From assembly GCA_963666565.1 (NCBI GenBank), contig OY762911.1:3616001-3680000 (forward strand): DNA of 64,000 nt, given 5' to 3'. Below are positions 27,967-38,525 of this stretch, in pieces; the first letter of the stretch is position 1, and each line of letters opens with the position of its first letter. The position numbers and the translations under genes are program-made. This DNA comes from Thermoanaerobaculia bacterium. GTDB taxonomy: Bacteria; Acidobacteriota; Thermoanaerobaculia; Multivoradales; Multivoraceae. The notes under the pieces were generated by a model. It saw only the letters and a program-made list of their open reading frames with translations, was not told the origin of the DNA and ran no database searches.

Positions 27967-29499
27967 TCAGGATCCTCCCAAGTCAGTGGCATCGGCATCC
28001 GGGAACCGCCAGTTCGGCGGCGGCTCGAATCCTTCCATGCCCTCGCCGAAGGACCCCACCGGGTTCGGCGGTTGCAGGGCGCGGAATCCCCGGGCCTTCT
28101 CGAGGAGACGCGCCGCCACGTCCGGATGGTCCGTAACCAGGTTCCGTTCTTCGAAGGGATCCTCCTCGATCCGGTACAGAAGCTGCTCGGACGCCGGCGC
28201 CGATCCGGGTCGGTCGAGCGGCGGGCCGATGACGACGAGCTTCCAGGCGCCCGACATCACCGACACTTGCTCCCGCTCCGGGTTCTTCTGGCCGACGAAG
28301 GAGTACAGGTCGCGCGCCGGTCCGTCCACGTCCGCGCCGGCGAGCACGTCGCGGACGTCCCGGCCGTCGAGCTCCTTGCCGCCGTGGTCGTTCAAGCCGG
28401 CGACGCCCATCAGGGTCGGCAGGATGTCGATGTAGGCGACCGGCGGCTTCACGCGGCCGCCGCCCGAGATGCCGCCCGCCGGCCAGCGCGCCGCCGCGGC
28501 GACGCGCGTGCCGCCCTCGAACACCGTGCTCTTCGTGCCCCGGTAAGGCCCGTTGTCAGCGGCGCCGAGGCCGCCGCCGTTGTCGCTGAAGAAGAGGACG
28601 AGAGTGTTCTCCGCGATGCCGCGATCGTCCAGCGCCCGAAGAATGCGACCCACGCCCTCGTCCAGCGCGTGGACCATCGCGGCGTGGACGCGACGGTCTT
28701 CGCGGCGCTGCTCCTCCGGCGGCAGAGGCCAGCCGGCGGTGACTTCCTCCCAACTGCGCGGCGGCTCGACGGCGTCGAGGTGCGCGTAGCGCGGCAGGTC
28801 CTCCGCCTTGGCCTGCAGCGGAGAGTGGGCCGCGTTGAACGGAACGTAGAGGAAGAACGGCGCCTCGCCGCTCGCGTGCCGGTCGATGAACCGGACCGCG
28901 TGCTCGGCCACCAGGTCCGTGACGTAGCCCTCTTCGTCAGCCGGCTGGTAGCCGTGAAACCAGTCCCGTTCTCCGAACCGCGCCTTCGTGAAGTAGTCGA
29001 TCGACGTGTTGTGACCGACGAACTCCGTGAAGCCGCGCCGCAGCGGGTGGTGCTCCCGGCGGACGTGGCCCAGATGCCACTTGCCGAAGACGGCTCGGTG
29101 CTCATAGCCGGCCCTTGCCAGCACCTCGGGCAGGGTGACCTCCGCGGTGTCCAGCCCGAAGTCCTGCCAGGGTGCGATGACGTTCCGCATCAGCCCGTAG
29201 CGAATGGGATAGCGGCCAGTCATCAAACCCGCCCGGGTCGGCGAGCAGATGGGCGCCGTGTAGAACCGATCGATCAGCACCCCCTCGGCGGCGATCCGGT
29301 CGATGTTCGGGGTCGCGATCTCGCCGCCGTGGAAGCTGACGTCGTGGCGGCCGAGATCGTCGGGGACGATGAGGACGATGTTGGGGAGAGGCGCTGAGGC
29401 CGGCGCCACCGGCGTCAGCGAGTCGTCGCAAGCGGCGACAAGGAGCGTCGCGGCGACCGCCAGGGACGCCTGGAAGAGACGGACCGAAGGGCGGAGCAC
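27967..29499 (-). CDS. arylsulfatase (formylglycine-dependent), lipoprotein
   Basis: PNIVLIVPDDLG, CSPTRAGLMTGRY, GKWHLG, FFSDNGG; lipobox VAAC. Confidence 0.93.
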   Translation of the reverse strand: MLRPSVRLFQASLAVAATLLVAACDDSLTPVAPASAPLPNIVLIVPDDLGRHDVSFHGGEIATPNIDRIAAEGVLIDRFYTAPICSPTRAGLMTGRYPIRYGLMRNVIAPWQDFGLDTAEVTLPEVLARAGYEHRAVFGKWHLGHVRREHHPLRRGFTEFVGHNTSIDYFTKARFGERDWFHGYQPADEEGYVTDLVAEHAVRFIDRHASGEAPFFLYVPFNAAHSPLQAKAEDLPRYAHLDAVEPPRSWEEVTAGWPLPPEEQRREDRRVHAAMVHALDEGVGRILRALDDRGIAENTLVLFFSDNGGGLGAADNGPYRGTKSTVFEGGTRVAAAARWPAGGISGGGRVKPPVAYIDILPTLMGVAGLNDHGGKELDGRDVRDVLAGADVDGPARDLYSFVGQKNPEREQVSVMSGAWKLVVIGPPLDRPGSAPASEQLLYRIEEDPFEERNLVTDHPDVAARLLEKARGFRALQPPNPVGSFGEGMEGFEPPPNWRFPDADATDLGGS

Positions 29500-29582
29500 G
29501 ATCCGTCTAGGTTACACACGGAGGTACGCCGCATCGCCCGGAACAATGCGGACGCCGGCCTCTGGCCGGCGACTTTGTTGAC

Positions 29583-29622
29583 GCCGCCTTCGGCGGCAGC
29601 GGGTCAGAAGACCCGCGCACCG
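29583..29622 (+). repeat. REP-like palindromic element (family A with accessory hairpin), followed by GGCGCACC x3
   Basis: GCCGCCTTCGGCGGC-A-GCGGGTCAGAAGACCCGCGCACCG, then ggcgcacc tandem copies to ~29650. Confidence 0.75.
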
Positions 29623-29655
29623 GCCGGCGCACCGGCGCACCGGCGCACCCAGTGT

Positions 29656-30813
29656 TTACGCTTCGCGGAGGAGATCGGTGATCTTCTGCCGCGAGGCGCC
29701 GAACGCCGGCAGCAGACCGCCAAGGACGCCGGTCACCGTGGCCAGGAAGATGCCCGAGAAGAGGGCGAACGGCGTCGTTCGCAACTGGAACGTGATCTCG
29801 CTGAAGGTCACCTGGTTCATCGTGCCGGTCTGGATCGCGTTGAGCGGCAGGGACAGCAGGGCGCCGAAGCCGCCCGCGACTACTCCGAGCAGCACGGCTT
29901 CCAGGAAGAAGCTGCCCATGATCGAGCGCCGCTTGAAACCGAGGGCGCGCAGCGTGCCGATCTCGCGGGCCCGCGCGGCGACCTGCGCGTACATCGTGTT
30001 CGCCGCAGCGAAGCAGGCGCCGATCGCCATCAGCACAGCCAGCACGTTGCCGAGGACGATGAACTGACCCGATGACGTTTCCGACTGGAGCTCGTAGTAC
30101 TCGGGTTCCGTCAGGGCCTGCACATGGAGCCGCTGGTCGGCCTTGACCGTCTCGATCAGGTCGCTCGCCGCGGCCGGAGACGCGGCCTGTAGCCGGGTCG
30201 AGGAGTAGAAGCCGCTGCGGCGGAACGAGTCGCCCAGATCGCGGTAGTCGCCCCAGATCTCGGAGCCGTGGGCGCCCACGCCGGCGAACGTGCCGACGAC
30301 GCGGAACGTGTTCCGGCCCAGTTCGCGCTCGTCGCCGACCCGCAGGCCGAGCCGCCCGGCCAGGCTGCGGCCGACGACGATCTCGCCGCGACCCGGCTCG
30401 AAGACCCGGCCCTCGGTGATCTCGAAGCCCGGCCGGAGGGCGAACGCTCCGGGCTCGACGCCGCGGACCATCACGTTCGTCTCGGTGCCGTCGATCCGCT
30501 TGAAGATCTGGATCGTCACGGTTTCACCGGAAGCCATCACCGCGCCGTCGGCCGTTCGCTCGACGCCGGGCATGGCGGTCAGCAGGCGGTGGCTCTCCTG
30601 CGCGTAGGAACTCTCCATCTCGGCGCGGGTGCCGTCCCGCATCACGATGACGACGGAAGGGTCCCCGGTGTCCGCGAACGCGGCCCGCAGGCCGCCGGCG
30701 AGGGCGAGCACGCCGATGTAGACCAGGACGACGAAGCCGATCGAGGCGAGGGTCATGAACGCCACGCCACGCCGCTCGAACAGGTTGCGGTAGGTGTACT
30801 TGATCGGGATCAT
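29656..30813 (-). CDS. MacB/FtsX-family ABC transporter permease
   Basis: YTYRNLFERR, periplasmic domain, REIGTLRALGF, 4-TM pattern. Confidence 0.9.
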   Translation of the reverse strand: MIPIKYTYRNLFERRGVAFMTLASIGFVVLVYIGVLALAGGLRAAFADTGDPSVVIVMRDGTRAEMESSYAQESHRLLTAMPGVERTADGAVMASGETVTIQIFKRIDGTETNVMVRGVEPGAFALRPGFEITEGRVFEPGRGEIVVGRSLAGRLGLRVGDERELGRNTFRVVGTFAGVGAHGSEIWGDYRDLGDSFRRSGFYSSTRLQAASPAAASDLIETVKADQRLHVQALTEPEYYELQSETSSGQFIVLGNVLAVLMAIGACFAAANTMYAQVAARAREIGTLRALGFKRRSIMGSFFLEAVLLGVVAGGFGALLSLPLNAIQTGTMNQVTFSEITFQLRTTPFALFSGIFLATVTGVLGGLLPAFGASRQKITDLLREA

Positions 30814-30841
30814 GCTGCCTCCTCGCGCATGCCGCTCATCG

Positions 30842-31987
30842 TCAGAGCCGCCTCAGTCCGTCGACGATCTTGAGCCTTGCCGCCGCCACCGCCGGGAAGA
30901 CGCCGCTCAAGAGCCCCACCGAGATGCCGATCGTGACCGCCGTAACCAGCACCTGGGCATCGAGCGCGAAGCCGCCGAAGCCGAAGCCCATCTGCTCCAG
31001 GAACGGCGTCGCGCCCCGAATCGCGACCGCCGTGAAGCCGAGACCGAGCGCGGAGCCCAGCACGCCGACCGCGAGCGACTCGCCGATCACCATGCCCAGT
31101 ACCTGGTTGCGCCGGAAGCCCAGGGTGCGGAGCACGGAGACCTCGGTGGTTCGTTCGCGCGCCGCCATCGCCATCGTGTTCGCGGTGATCAGGAAGATGG
31201 AGATGACGATCGCGAGCCCGATCATCGAGAAAAAGAACTGGATGTTGCCCAGCATCTCCGTAAACGAGGCCGCGAACGCCTCGGCGGTCTCCGCCCGCAC
31301 CTGGTTGTCCGAGTTCTCGAACATCGCCTCGGCGGCGGCGATCACCGCGGGCGCACCCTCCGGGTCGTCGAGCCGCAGCCAGTACGTGCCGTTCTGGCCC
31401 GGGTTGCCCATCGCCTCCTCCACGTAGCGCCGGTGGAAGAAGATCTGGCGCTCCTGGCCCGGCTCGTCGAACTCGAAGATCGCGCGCAACTGAAGCTCCA
31501 CGTCGACAGGGAAGATGTCGCCCTTGATCGTGATGATGTCGCCGATCGACCATCCCTGGATCTCGGTCAGCTCGCGGCCGGCGGCGAAGGCGGTGCGCTG
31601 CGCCGCGAACGCCTCGTACTCCTCCTCGTTCCAGGCGTAGTCGTAGAAGACGCTGCGGAAGGTCTCCGGATCGACCGTGAAGCGGGGGAAGAAGTTCTCG
31701 GGGCGCTGGTCCTTGTAGACGCCCTGGAACCAGTTCTGGGGCGTCACCGCGATTACGTTGTCGATCGTCCGAAGCCGCTGCTCGTACGCCTCGGGCAACG
31801 GGAAGGTCAGCGAGATCGCGTTGCGCACGACCAGCCGGTCCTGGAAGTCCGACTCGTCGGCGAAGCTCAACGCGTCGTTGACCACGCCCAGCAGCGAGAG
31901 GATGAACAGCGCCATCGCCAGGCTGGCCATGGTCAGGAAGGTGCGGCGCTTGTTGCGCAGCAGGTTGCGTCGAATCAGCTTGATCAT
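30842..31987 (-). CDS. MacB/FtsX-family ABC transporter permease
   Basis: RNLLRNKRRTFLT, ANTMAMAARERTTEVSVLRTLGF. Confidence 0.9.
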   Translation of the reverse strand: MIKLIRRNLLRNKRRTFLTMASLAMALFILSLLGVVNDALSFADESDFQDRLVVRNAISLTFPLPEAYEQRLRTIDNVIAVTPQNWFQGVYKDQRPENFFPRFTVDPETFRSVFYDYAWNEEEYEAFAAQRTAFAAGRELTEIQGWSIGDIITIKGDIFPVDVELQLRAIFEFDEPGQERQIFFHRRYVEEAMGNPGQNGTYWLRLDDPEGAPAVIAAAEAMFENSDNQVRAETAEAFAASFTEMLGNIQFFFSMIGLAIVISIFLITANTMAMAARERTTEVSVLRTLGFRRNQVLGMVIGESLAVGVLGSALGLGFTAVAIRGATPFLEQMGFGFGGFALDAQVLVTAVTIGISVGLLSGVFPAVAAARLKIVDGLRRL

Positions 31988-32682
31988 GAGGCGGCGTCCC
32001 CTTCCTCCGACACCAGTTGCCCCTTGTCGAGCCGCACGAGCCGCTTCGCCCGCGCCGCCGCGTTCGGATCGTGGGTCACCATGAGAATCGTCTTGTTGAA
32101 CTGCTCGTTCAGTTGACCGAGGAGGTCGAGGATCTCCCGCCCGGAGTCCGCGTCGAGATCGCCGGTCGGCTCGTCGGCGAGCAGCAGAGTCGGGTCGGTG
32201 ACGATCGCCCGGGCGATCGCCACCCGCTGTTCCTGGCCTCCCGATAGCTGCCGCGGGTAGTGCTTCATCCGGTTCTGCAAGCCGACCACGGAGAGCGCGG
32301 TCTCGACCCGTCGCTTGCGCGCCGCCCGCGACCCGCGCCGGAGCGTCAGCGGCAGTTCGACGTTCTCGTAGGCGGTGAGCACCGGGATCAGATTGTAGAA
32401 CTGGAAGATGAAGCCGATGTGCCGCTGGCGCCAGCGGGCGAGCTTGCTCTCGTTCATCCGGCTCACCTGTTCGCCGGCGACGACGAGATCTCCGCTGCTC
32501 GGCTGGTCGATGCCGGCGAGAAGGTTGAGCAGCGTGCTCTTGCCGGAACCGGACGGCCCCATCAGGGCGACGTAGTCGCCCGCCTCGACGTGCAGGGTGA
32601 TGCCCTGGAGCACCTTCAGTTCGAAGGCGTCGCGCCGGTAGTTCTTCGTCACATCGTGCATCGCGACGACGGTTTCAGCCAT
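31984..32682 (-). CDS. ABC transporter ATP-binding protein (LolD/MacB-like)
   Basis: [32 protein letters not shown]. Confidence 0.95.
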   Translation of the reverse strand: MAETVVAMHDVTKNYRRDAFELKVLQGITLHVEAGDYVALMGPSGSGKSTLLNLLAGIDQPSSGDLVVAGEQVSRMNESKLARWRQRHIGFIFQFYNLIPVLTAYENVELPLTLRRGSRAARKRRVETALSVVGLQNRMKHYPRQLSGGQEQRVAIARAIVTDPTLLLADEPTGDLDADSGREILDLLGQLNEQFNKTILMVTHDPNAAARAKRLVRLDKGQLVSEEGDAAS

Positions 32683-32809
32683 CTATCTGCTCCCTCGTTT
32701 CTGTCTGTCCCTCGTTCCAGGAACTTGCGCCGCGGAACGCAGCGACGCGAGTCTACGGCTCACGCTCCAGGGAGAGGTTCGGATGGGCCGACACATCGGT
32801 CTCGGAACG

Positions 32810-34045
32810 CTAGGAGGCCTCGCGCACCCGCAGGCCCGGCGTGAGTTCCGGTGTCGGACTTCGCACGACGACCTCGCCGCCTCGAAGGCCCGACAACACC
32901 TCGAACCGGTTGCCGTCCTGCTCCAGACCGAGTTCGATCGGCGCCCGCTCCAGGCGGCCCTCGTTCAGCAGCAGGACGTAGTCGCCGCCGCCGTCATTCG
33001 CGACCGCCTCGGCGGCGACCAGGATCTTCGGTTCCGCCCGGAGCGCCGTCTCGTCGACGCCCTCCTGGAGGAAGGTGACGCTGCAGCTCATGTCCGGCAC
33101 CAGGCGTTCGTCCCGGTCGTCGATCGTCACCTTGACCTGCACGACGGCCCGCTGGCGGTCGGCCGTCGGCACGATCTGCCGCAGCGCGCCGCGGTACTCG
33201 TGGTCGGGCACGGCGTCGACCTTGATCGTCGCCGGCTGGCCGAGCTGGATCCGGGCGATGAAGCTCTCGTTGATGTCCGCCTCGACCTCGAGCGAAGTCG
33301 GATCGGCGATCCGCACGAGCGCGCCCGTGGCCTGCTGGCTGGTAAATCCTCCCGGCGCGACCATCTCCCCCACTTCGACCGTCCGCTCGATGACCACTCC
33401 GTCGACCGGGGCGTGGATGACCGTGTAGGCGAGCTGCGCCTCGATCGACTCCAGGTTCGCCCGCGCCGTGCCCACCTGGGCCCGCGTCACGTGGAGCTGG
33501 GTGACCGCCGCGTCCAGGTCGGCGGAGGGCGCGACGCCCGCCTCGACGATGCGCCGCTGGCGGGCCTCCTCCCGAATCGCATCGGCCAGCCGCGCGGTCG
33601 CTTCGATCAGCGCCGCCTGGGCGCGCCGCACCGCCGCCTCGAGGTCGTCGCTGTCGAGCACCGCGATCACGTCTCCGGCCGCGACCGCGTCGCCCTCATC
33701 GACGTGGAGTTCGGTGATCCGGCCGATGATCTTCGCCCCCACCGCCGCCCGCACCCGCGCGTAGGTGTAGCCGGTCGCGGTGAGCACGGTGGACGCCTGC
33801 TCCGGCGTCAGGCGCTGGACCGTGGCCGTCTCCACCTCGGGCATGAGGTAGGGCACGTACTGGTCGGGCGGCAACCGGTAGACGGCGAAGACCGCCGCGG
33901 CGGCGAGCACGAGGAGGATCCCCCACTTGACGAAGCGTCCCCGCCGGGGACGGTATTCGTACTCGTCGTCGTCGCGCAGGATGGACAGATCCGGCCGCGG
34001 CGGCGGCGATTCCGAGCCGCCGCCCTCGTTCGCCAAGGCGCTCAC
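32810..34045 (-). CDS. MacA-like periplasmic adaptor (membrane fusion protein)
   Basis: N-terminal TM, VDEGDAV and IHAPVDGVV lipoyl halves, hairpin, beta-barrel. Confidence 0.9.
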   Translation of the reverse strand: MSALANEGGGSESPPPRPDLSILRDDDEYEYRPRRGRFVKWGILLVLAAAAVFAVYRLPPDQYVPYLMPEVETATVQRLTPEQASTVLTATGYTYARVRAAVGAKIIGRITELHVDEGDAVAAGDVIAVLDSDDLEAAVRRAQAALIEATARLADAIREEARQRRIVEAGVAPSADLDAAVTQLHVTRAQVGTARANLESIEAQLAYTVIHAPVDGVVIERTVEVGEMVAPGGFTSQQATGALVRIADPTSLEVEADINESFIARIQLGQPATIKVDAVPDHEYRGALRQIVPTADRQRAVVQVKVTIDDRDERLVPDMSCSVTFLQEGVDETALRAEPKILVAAEAVANDGGGDYVLLLNEGRLERAPIELGLEQDGNRFEVLSGLRGGEVVVRSPTPELTPGLRVREAS

Positions 34046-34163
34046 CGGCGTACCGCCAGCCTCGGCGGACGCGCGCCGCCGGCAGATCGTTCCATGCTGC
34101 GCATTCTATGGTCCTGGTCTACGCGATGCGGGCGCGTTGGTTTCGGGCCGGGCCGCCTTCCAG

Positions 34164-35330
34164 CTACTCCCCTGGGGCTCGGCGAAGGTGCTCGTCCGTC
34201 ATGAACACGTACTCCGTCACCTGCCGATAGGTCTCGCCGGGCCGCAGTACCGTGCTGGGGAAACCGGGCTGGTTCGGGGAATCGGGAAAGTGCTGGGTCT
34301 CGAGGCATAGACCGCCCCGATGCAAGTAGGGTCGACCGCTCTTGCCGACCAGGGCGCCGTCGAGGAAGTTCCCGGTGTAGAGCTGCAAGCCCGGCGCGGT
34401 GGTCGTGACCAGGAGCAACCGCCCGCTGGCCGGCTCGTGGAGCCGCGCCACCGGCGCCGGTTCGTCGGCGGCCTCGGCGGACCGGTCGACCACCCAGTTG
34501 TGGTCGTAGCCGCCACCGAAGCCGAGTTGCTCGAAGTCGTCGTCCACGCGGTCGCCGATCCGAGTCGAGCGAGTGAAGCTCATTGGCGTCCCCGCAACGG
34601 ACGCGATCTCGCCCGTGGGAATCAGATTGGCGTCGACCGGAGTGTAGGACCCGCTGACCAGGCTGAGTTCGTGGTCGAGGATGTCCCCCTCGCCTTCCCC
34701 CTTCAGGTTGAAGTAGGAGTGGAAGGAGAGATTGACGACGGTGGGCCTGTCGGTCGTTGCCTCGGCTTCGATGCGGAGCTCGCTGATGCCCAGGATGTAC
34801 CGCACCTCGAAGTCGACGTTGCCCGGGTAGCCCTCTTCGCCGTCCGGGCTCCGGTAGCGGAGCGCGACGCCCCTGCCGTGCTCGGTCCGTATCGGTTCGC
34901 CGTCCCAGACCACCCGGCTGAGTCCGCGGACGCCGCCGTGGAGGCTGTTCTCTCCGTCGTTCCGCGGCAGCGTGTACGCCTCGCCGTCGAGCGTGAAGCG
35001 GCCGCCGGCGATCCGGTTCGCGTAGCGGCCGACGATGGCCCCGAAGTACGGGTTCGTGTCCGCGACGTAGGACTCGAGGTCGTCGAAGCCCAGCACCACG
35101 TCCGCGAAGCGGCCTTCCCGGTCCGCGGCCGTCAGCGACACGATCGCGCCGCCGAACTCGGCGATCTCGACGACCGTGCCGGAACGAGACTCGAGCCGGA
35201 ACAACTCGACCTCCTTGCCGTCGACTTCGCCCCAGGGGCGGCTGGTCACTTTCACGAAGAGTCCCGCGTCAAGAGAACACCCCCCGGCCGCCAGCGCGGC
35301 CGGCAAGGCAAGCGACACGAGGAAGCGCAT
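34164..35330 (-). CDS. galM: aldose 1-epimerase (mutarotase) with lipoprotein signal
   Basis: [31 protein letters not shown]; lipobox AGGC. Confidence 0.92.
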   Translation of the reverse strand: MRFLVSLALPAALAAGGCSLDAGLFVKVTSRPWGEVDGKEVELFRLESRSGTVVEIAEFGGAIVSLTAADREGRFADVVLGFDDLESYVADTNPYFGAIVGRYANRIAGGRFTLDGEAYTLPRNDGENSLHGGVRGLSRVVWDGEPIRTEHGRGVALRYRSPDGEEGYPGNVDFEVRYILGISELRIEAEATTDRPTVVNLSFHSYFNLKGEGEGDILDHELSLVSGSYTPVDANLIPTGEIASVAGTPMSFTRSTRIGDRVDDDFEQLGFGGGYDHNWVVDRSAEAADEPAPVARLHEPASGRLLLVTTTAPGLQLYTGNFLDGALVGKSGRPYLHRGGLCLETQHFPDSPNQPGFPSTVLRPGETYRQVTEYVFMTDEHLRRAPGE

Positions 35331-35394
35331 GAGACACGGCGCAGACTACCGAACTTGCTTCGCGGCCCACCGTCGCGCAGACTCGGGGACAGCC

Positions 35395-37044
35395 ATGCCC
35401 GATTTCCAGCACCAGCGCACCTTCGAACACCGCGGCGACGAGCCGGAGTACCGGCTTCTCACCTCGGACCACGTCCGCGTCGAGTCCGCCGGCGGCCGCG
35501 AGACCCTGCACATCGATCCCGAGGCGTTGCGGCTGATCGCCCGCGACGCGATGGACGACATCGCACACCTGCTGCGGGCCAGCCATCTGGAGCAGTTGCG
35601 CCGCGTCCTCGACGACCCGGAGTCGTCGGCGAACGACCGCTTCGTGGCGATGGAGCTGCTCAAGAACGCGAACATCGCGGCCGGCCGGGTGCTTCCCGGC
35701 TGCCAGGACACCGGCACCGCGATCGTGCTCGGCTACAAGGGCCAGGACGTCTACACCGGCTTCGACGACGAGGAGGAACTCTGCCGGGGCATCTTCGACG
35801 CCTACCGTGAGCGCAACCTGCGCTACTCCCAGATGGCGCCGCTGTCGATGTACGAGGAGAAGAACACCGGCACCAACCTGCCCGCCCAGGTCGACCTCTA
35901 CGCGGCGCGCGGTGACGAGTACCGGTTCCTCTTCGTCGCCAAGGGCGGCGGCTCGGCGAACAAGTGCTTCCTGTACCAGGAAACGAAGGCGATCCTGAAC
36001 CCGATCTCGCTGATGAACTTCGTCGACGAGAAGCTGCGCACGCTCGGCACGTCGGCCTGCCCGCCCTACCACATCGCGCTGGTCGTCGGCGGCACCTCGG
36101 CCGAGGCGACGATGAAGACGCTGAAGCTCGCGACCTGCCACGCGCTGGACGACCTGCCGACCAGCGGCAACGAACGCGGCCGCGCCTTCCGCGACCCGGA
36201 TATGGAGCGCCAGATCTTCGAGCTCTGCACCCGCATCGGCATCGGCGCCCAGTTCGGCGGCAAGTACTTCGCCCACGACGTGCGGGTCGTCCGGTTGCCC
36301 CGCCACGGCGCCTCGCTGCCGGTGGGCCTCGGCGTGTCCTGCTCGGCCGACCGCCAGATCCTGGGCCGGATCAACCGGAACGGCGTGTTCCTGGAGCAAC
36401 TCGAAGAGAACCCGGCGAAGTACCTGCCCGAGATCGACGAGGACGAACTCAGCGGCCAGGTCGTGGCGGTCGACCTGAACCGGCCGATGGACGAAATCCG
36501 CGCCGAGCTGTCGAGGTACCCGGTCGCCACGCGGCTGGCGCTCACCGGCCCGATGGTCGTCGCCCGGGACATCGCCCACGCCCGGCTCAAGGAACTGCTC
36601 GACCGCGGCGAGGACCTGCCCCGGTACTTCAAGGATCAGCCGGTCTACTACGCCGGTCCCGCGAAGAAGCCCGAAGGCAAGGCGTCCGGCTCGTTCGGGC
36701 CGACGACCGCGGGGCGGATGGACCCCTACGTCGACCTGTTCCAGAGCCGCGGCGGCAGCATGGTCATGCTGGCCAAGGGCAACCGCTCGCCCGAAGTCCG
36801 CCGCGCGTGCGAGAGGCACGGCGGCTTCTACCTCGGCTCGATCGGCGGCCCGGCGGCCGCCCTGGCCGAGCAGAGCATTCGCAAGGTCGAGTTGCGGGAG
36901 TTCGAGGACCTGGGGATGGAGGCTATCTGGCAGATCGAAGTCGAGGACTTCCCCGCCTTCATCGTCATCGACGACAAGGGCAACGACTTCTTCGCTCCGT
37001 TCGCCAAGTCGGGCGCCGTGGCGATCGGCGGCGGGCGGTCCTGA
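35395..37044 (+). CDS. fumA: class I (Fe-S) fumarate hydratase
   Basis: [34 protein letters not shown]; start moved to ATG 35395. Confidence 0.95.
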   Translation: MPDFQHQRTFEHRGDEPEYRLLTSDHVRVESAGGRETLHIDPEALRLIARDAMDDIAHLLRASHLEQLRRVLDDPESSANDRFVAMELLKNANIAAGRVLPGCQDTGTAIVLGYKGQDVYTGFDDEEELCRGIFDAYRERNLRYSQMAPLSMYEEKNTGTNLPAQVDLYAARGDEYRFLFVAKGGGSANKCFLYQETKAILNPISLMNFVDEKLRTLGTSACPPYHIALVVGGTSAEATMKTLKLATCHALDDLPTSGNERGRAFRDPDMERQIFELCTRIGIGAQFGGKYFAHDVRVVRLPRHGASLPVGLGVSCSADRQILGRINRNGVFLEQLEENPAKYLPEIDEDELSGQVVAVDLNRPMDEIRAELSRYPVATRLALTGPMVVARDIAHARLKELLDRGEDLPRYFKDQPVYYAGPAKKPEGKASGSFGPTTAGRMDPYVDLFQSRGGSMVMLAKGNRSPEVRRACERHGGFYLGSIGGPAAALAEQSIRKVELREFEDLGMEAIWQIEVEDFPAFIVIDDKGNDFFAPFAKSGAVAIGGGRS

Positions 37045-37061
37045 AGGACGAGGCGGCAGCC

Positions 37062-38525
37062 ATGACGAACCTGAAGACGTCGGCCGGACTTCGGCGCAAG
37101 CCCCCATCTCCTTCGGGCAGGCGCCGCTCTGTCGCTCGGCGCCGCTCTGTCGCTCGGCCCCGCTCCGCGTCGGCCCGCCGTGGCCTGGAGCTGGCCCCGC
37201 TTCTCGGGCTGCTCGCGTTCGCCGCGGGTCTCCCGGCCGCGGCACAGCGAGCCACCTATCCGCCGGAGGAGTTCGCCGAACGACGGGCGCGCCTCTGCGA
37301 GCGTCTGGGCGGCGGCGCGGTGCTCATGTTCTCGGAGACGATGCCGCGTTACGGCGCCCGTTTCCGCCAGGACCACGACTTCTTCTACCTGACCGGGTAC
37401 GAAGGGCGGAACGCGGTGCTGCTGCTTGAGGTCGACGGCTGCGAAGCCCGGCTCTACCTGCCCCACCAGGGCGACCGGGAGAAGTTCATCGACGGCCCGA
37501 ACTGGCTCTACGCGCCGGAGAAGGCCGAGGGAACCGGCTTCGAGGTCGACCACCTCGCCTACCTGCCCGAGCACTTGGCCCGGCGGCGCGGCCGGCTGCC
37601 GGGAGAGGCCGGGAAGCTCCTCTGGATGCGCCTCGGCGAGCGCGACGAACTCGACCTCGCCCGCAGCGAGAAGGGCCTCTACCTCGGCCGGCGCGAGCAG
37701 AACCCCTGGGGCGGCCAGCCCACCGAGCAGGCCCACCAGATCGCGACGATCCGCGGTCGCTACCCCTACGCCGAGCTGCGCGACCTGACGCCGCACCTCG
37801 ACCGGCTGCGGACGATCAAGACGCCGCGCGAGATCGAGATCCTGCGCCGCGCCGGCAAGGTCAGCGCCGACGGCATCGCGGCTGCCATCCGGGCGACCCG
37901 CGCCGGCGGCTGGGAGTACGAACTGGAGGCCGCCGCCAAGCACGTCTTCCTGAAGCACGGCGCCGAGATGGAGGCGTACCCTGCGATCGTCGGCTCAGGG
38001 CCGAACGGCCTGATCTGGCACTGGGTCAGGAACGACCGGCAGTTGCAGACCGGCGACCTCGTCGTCATGGACTACGGCGCCTCCTTCGCCTACATGACGA
38101 TGGACATCACGCGCACCTGGCCGGTTACGGGCAAGTTCGACGAAGTCCAGGAGCGCGCCTACCGCGCCGTGCTCGAAGCGCAGAAGGCGATCATCGCCGC
38201 CATGCGCCCGGGCGTCACCCGGCGCGAGACCGCCGCGATCTGCCGCGAGATCTACGACCGCTGGGGCTTCGAGGACAAGCCCGCCCACGGCGCCGGCCAC
38301 TTCGTCGGCCTCTCGGTCCACGACGTCGGCGACGGCTCCCTGCCCTTCGAGCCGGGCATGGTCATCGCCGTCGAGCCGATCCTCGAGATCCCCGAGCGGA
38401 ACATCCACATCCGCATCGAGGACACGGTGCTGATCACCGACGGCGAACCGGAGATCCTGAGCGCCGCAGTGCCGAAGGAAGTCGATGCTCTGCTGGCGCT
38501 GGTGGGTGGAGAACCCCCTCCCTGA
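37062..38525 (+). CDS. Xaa-Pro aminopeptidase (M24B) with signal peptide
   Basis: FFYLTG; metal ligands MDYG, DITRT, GHFVGLSVHD, VEP, RIED; start moved to ATG 37062. Confidence 0.9.
   Translation: MTNLKTSAGLRRKPPSPSGRRRSVARRRSVARPRSASARRGLELAPLLGLLAFAAGLPAAAQRATYPPEEFAERRARLCERLGGGAVLMFSETMPRYGARFRQDHDFFYLTGYEGRNAVLLLEVDGCEARLYLPHQGDREKFIDGPNWLYAPEKAEGTGFEVDHLAYLPEHLARRRGRLPGEAGKLLWMRLGERDELDLARSEKGLYLGRREQNPWGGQPTEQAHQIATIRGRYPYAELRDLTPHLDRLRTIKTPREIEILRRAGKVSADGIAAAIRATRAGGWEYELEAAAKHVFLKHGAEMEAYPAIVGSGPNGLIWHWVRNDRQLQTGDLVVMDYGASFAYMTMDITRTWPVTGKFDEVQERAYRAVLEAQKAIIAAMRPGVTRRETAAICREIYDRWGFEDKPAHGAGHFVGLSVHDVGDGSLPFEPGMVIAVEPILEIPERNIHIRIEDTVLITDGEPEILSAAVPKEVDALLALVGGEPPP
37121..37158 (+). 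repeat. perfect 18-bp tandem duplication in the peptidase N-region
   Basis: GCGCCGCTCTGTCGCTCG x2, encoding RRSVAR-RRSVAR. Confidence 0.8.

Noticed and set aside
35964-37061. 853-aa ORF as a fusion protein
   Set aside because: The upstream part overlaps fumarase in another frame; the peptidase begins near 37062 with its own RBS and signal peptide
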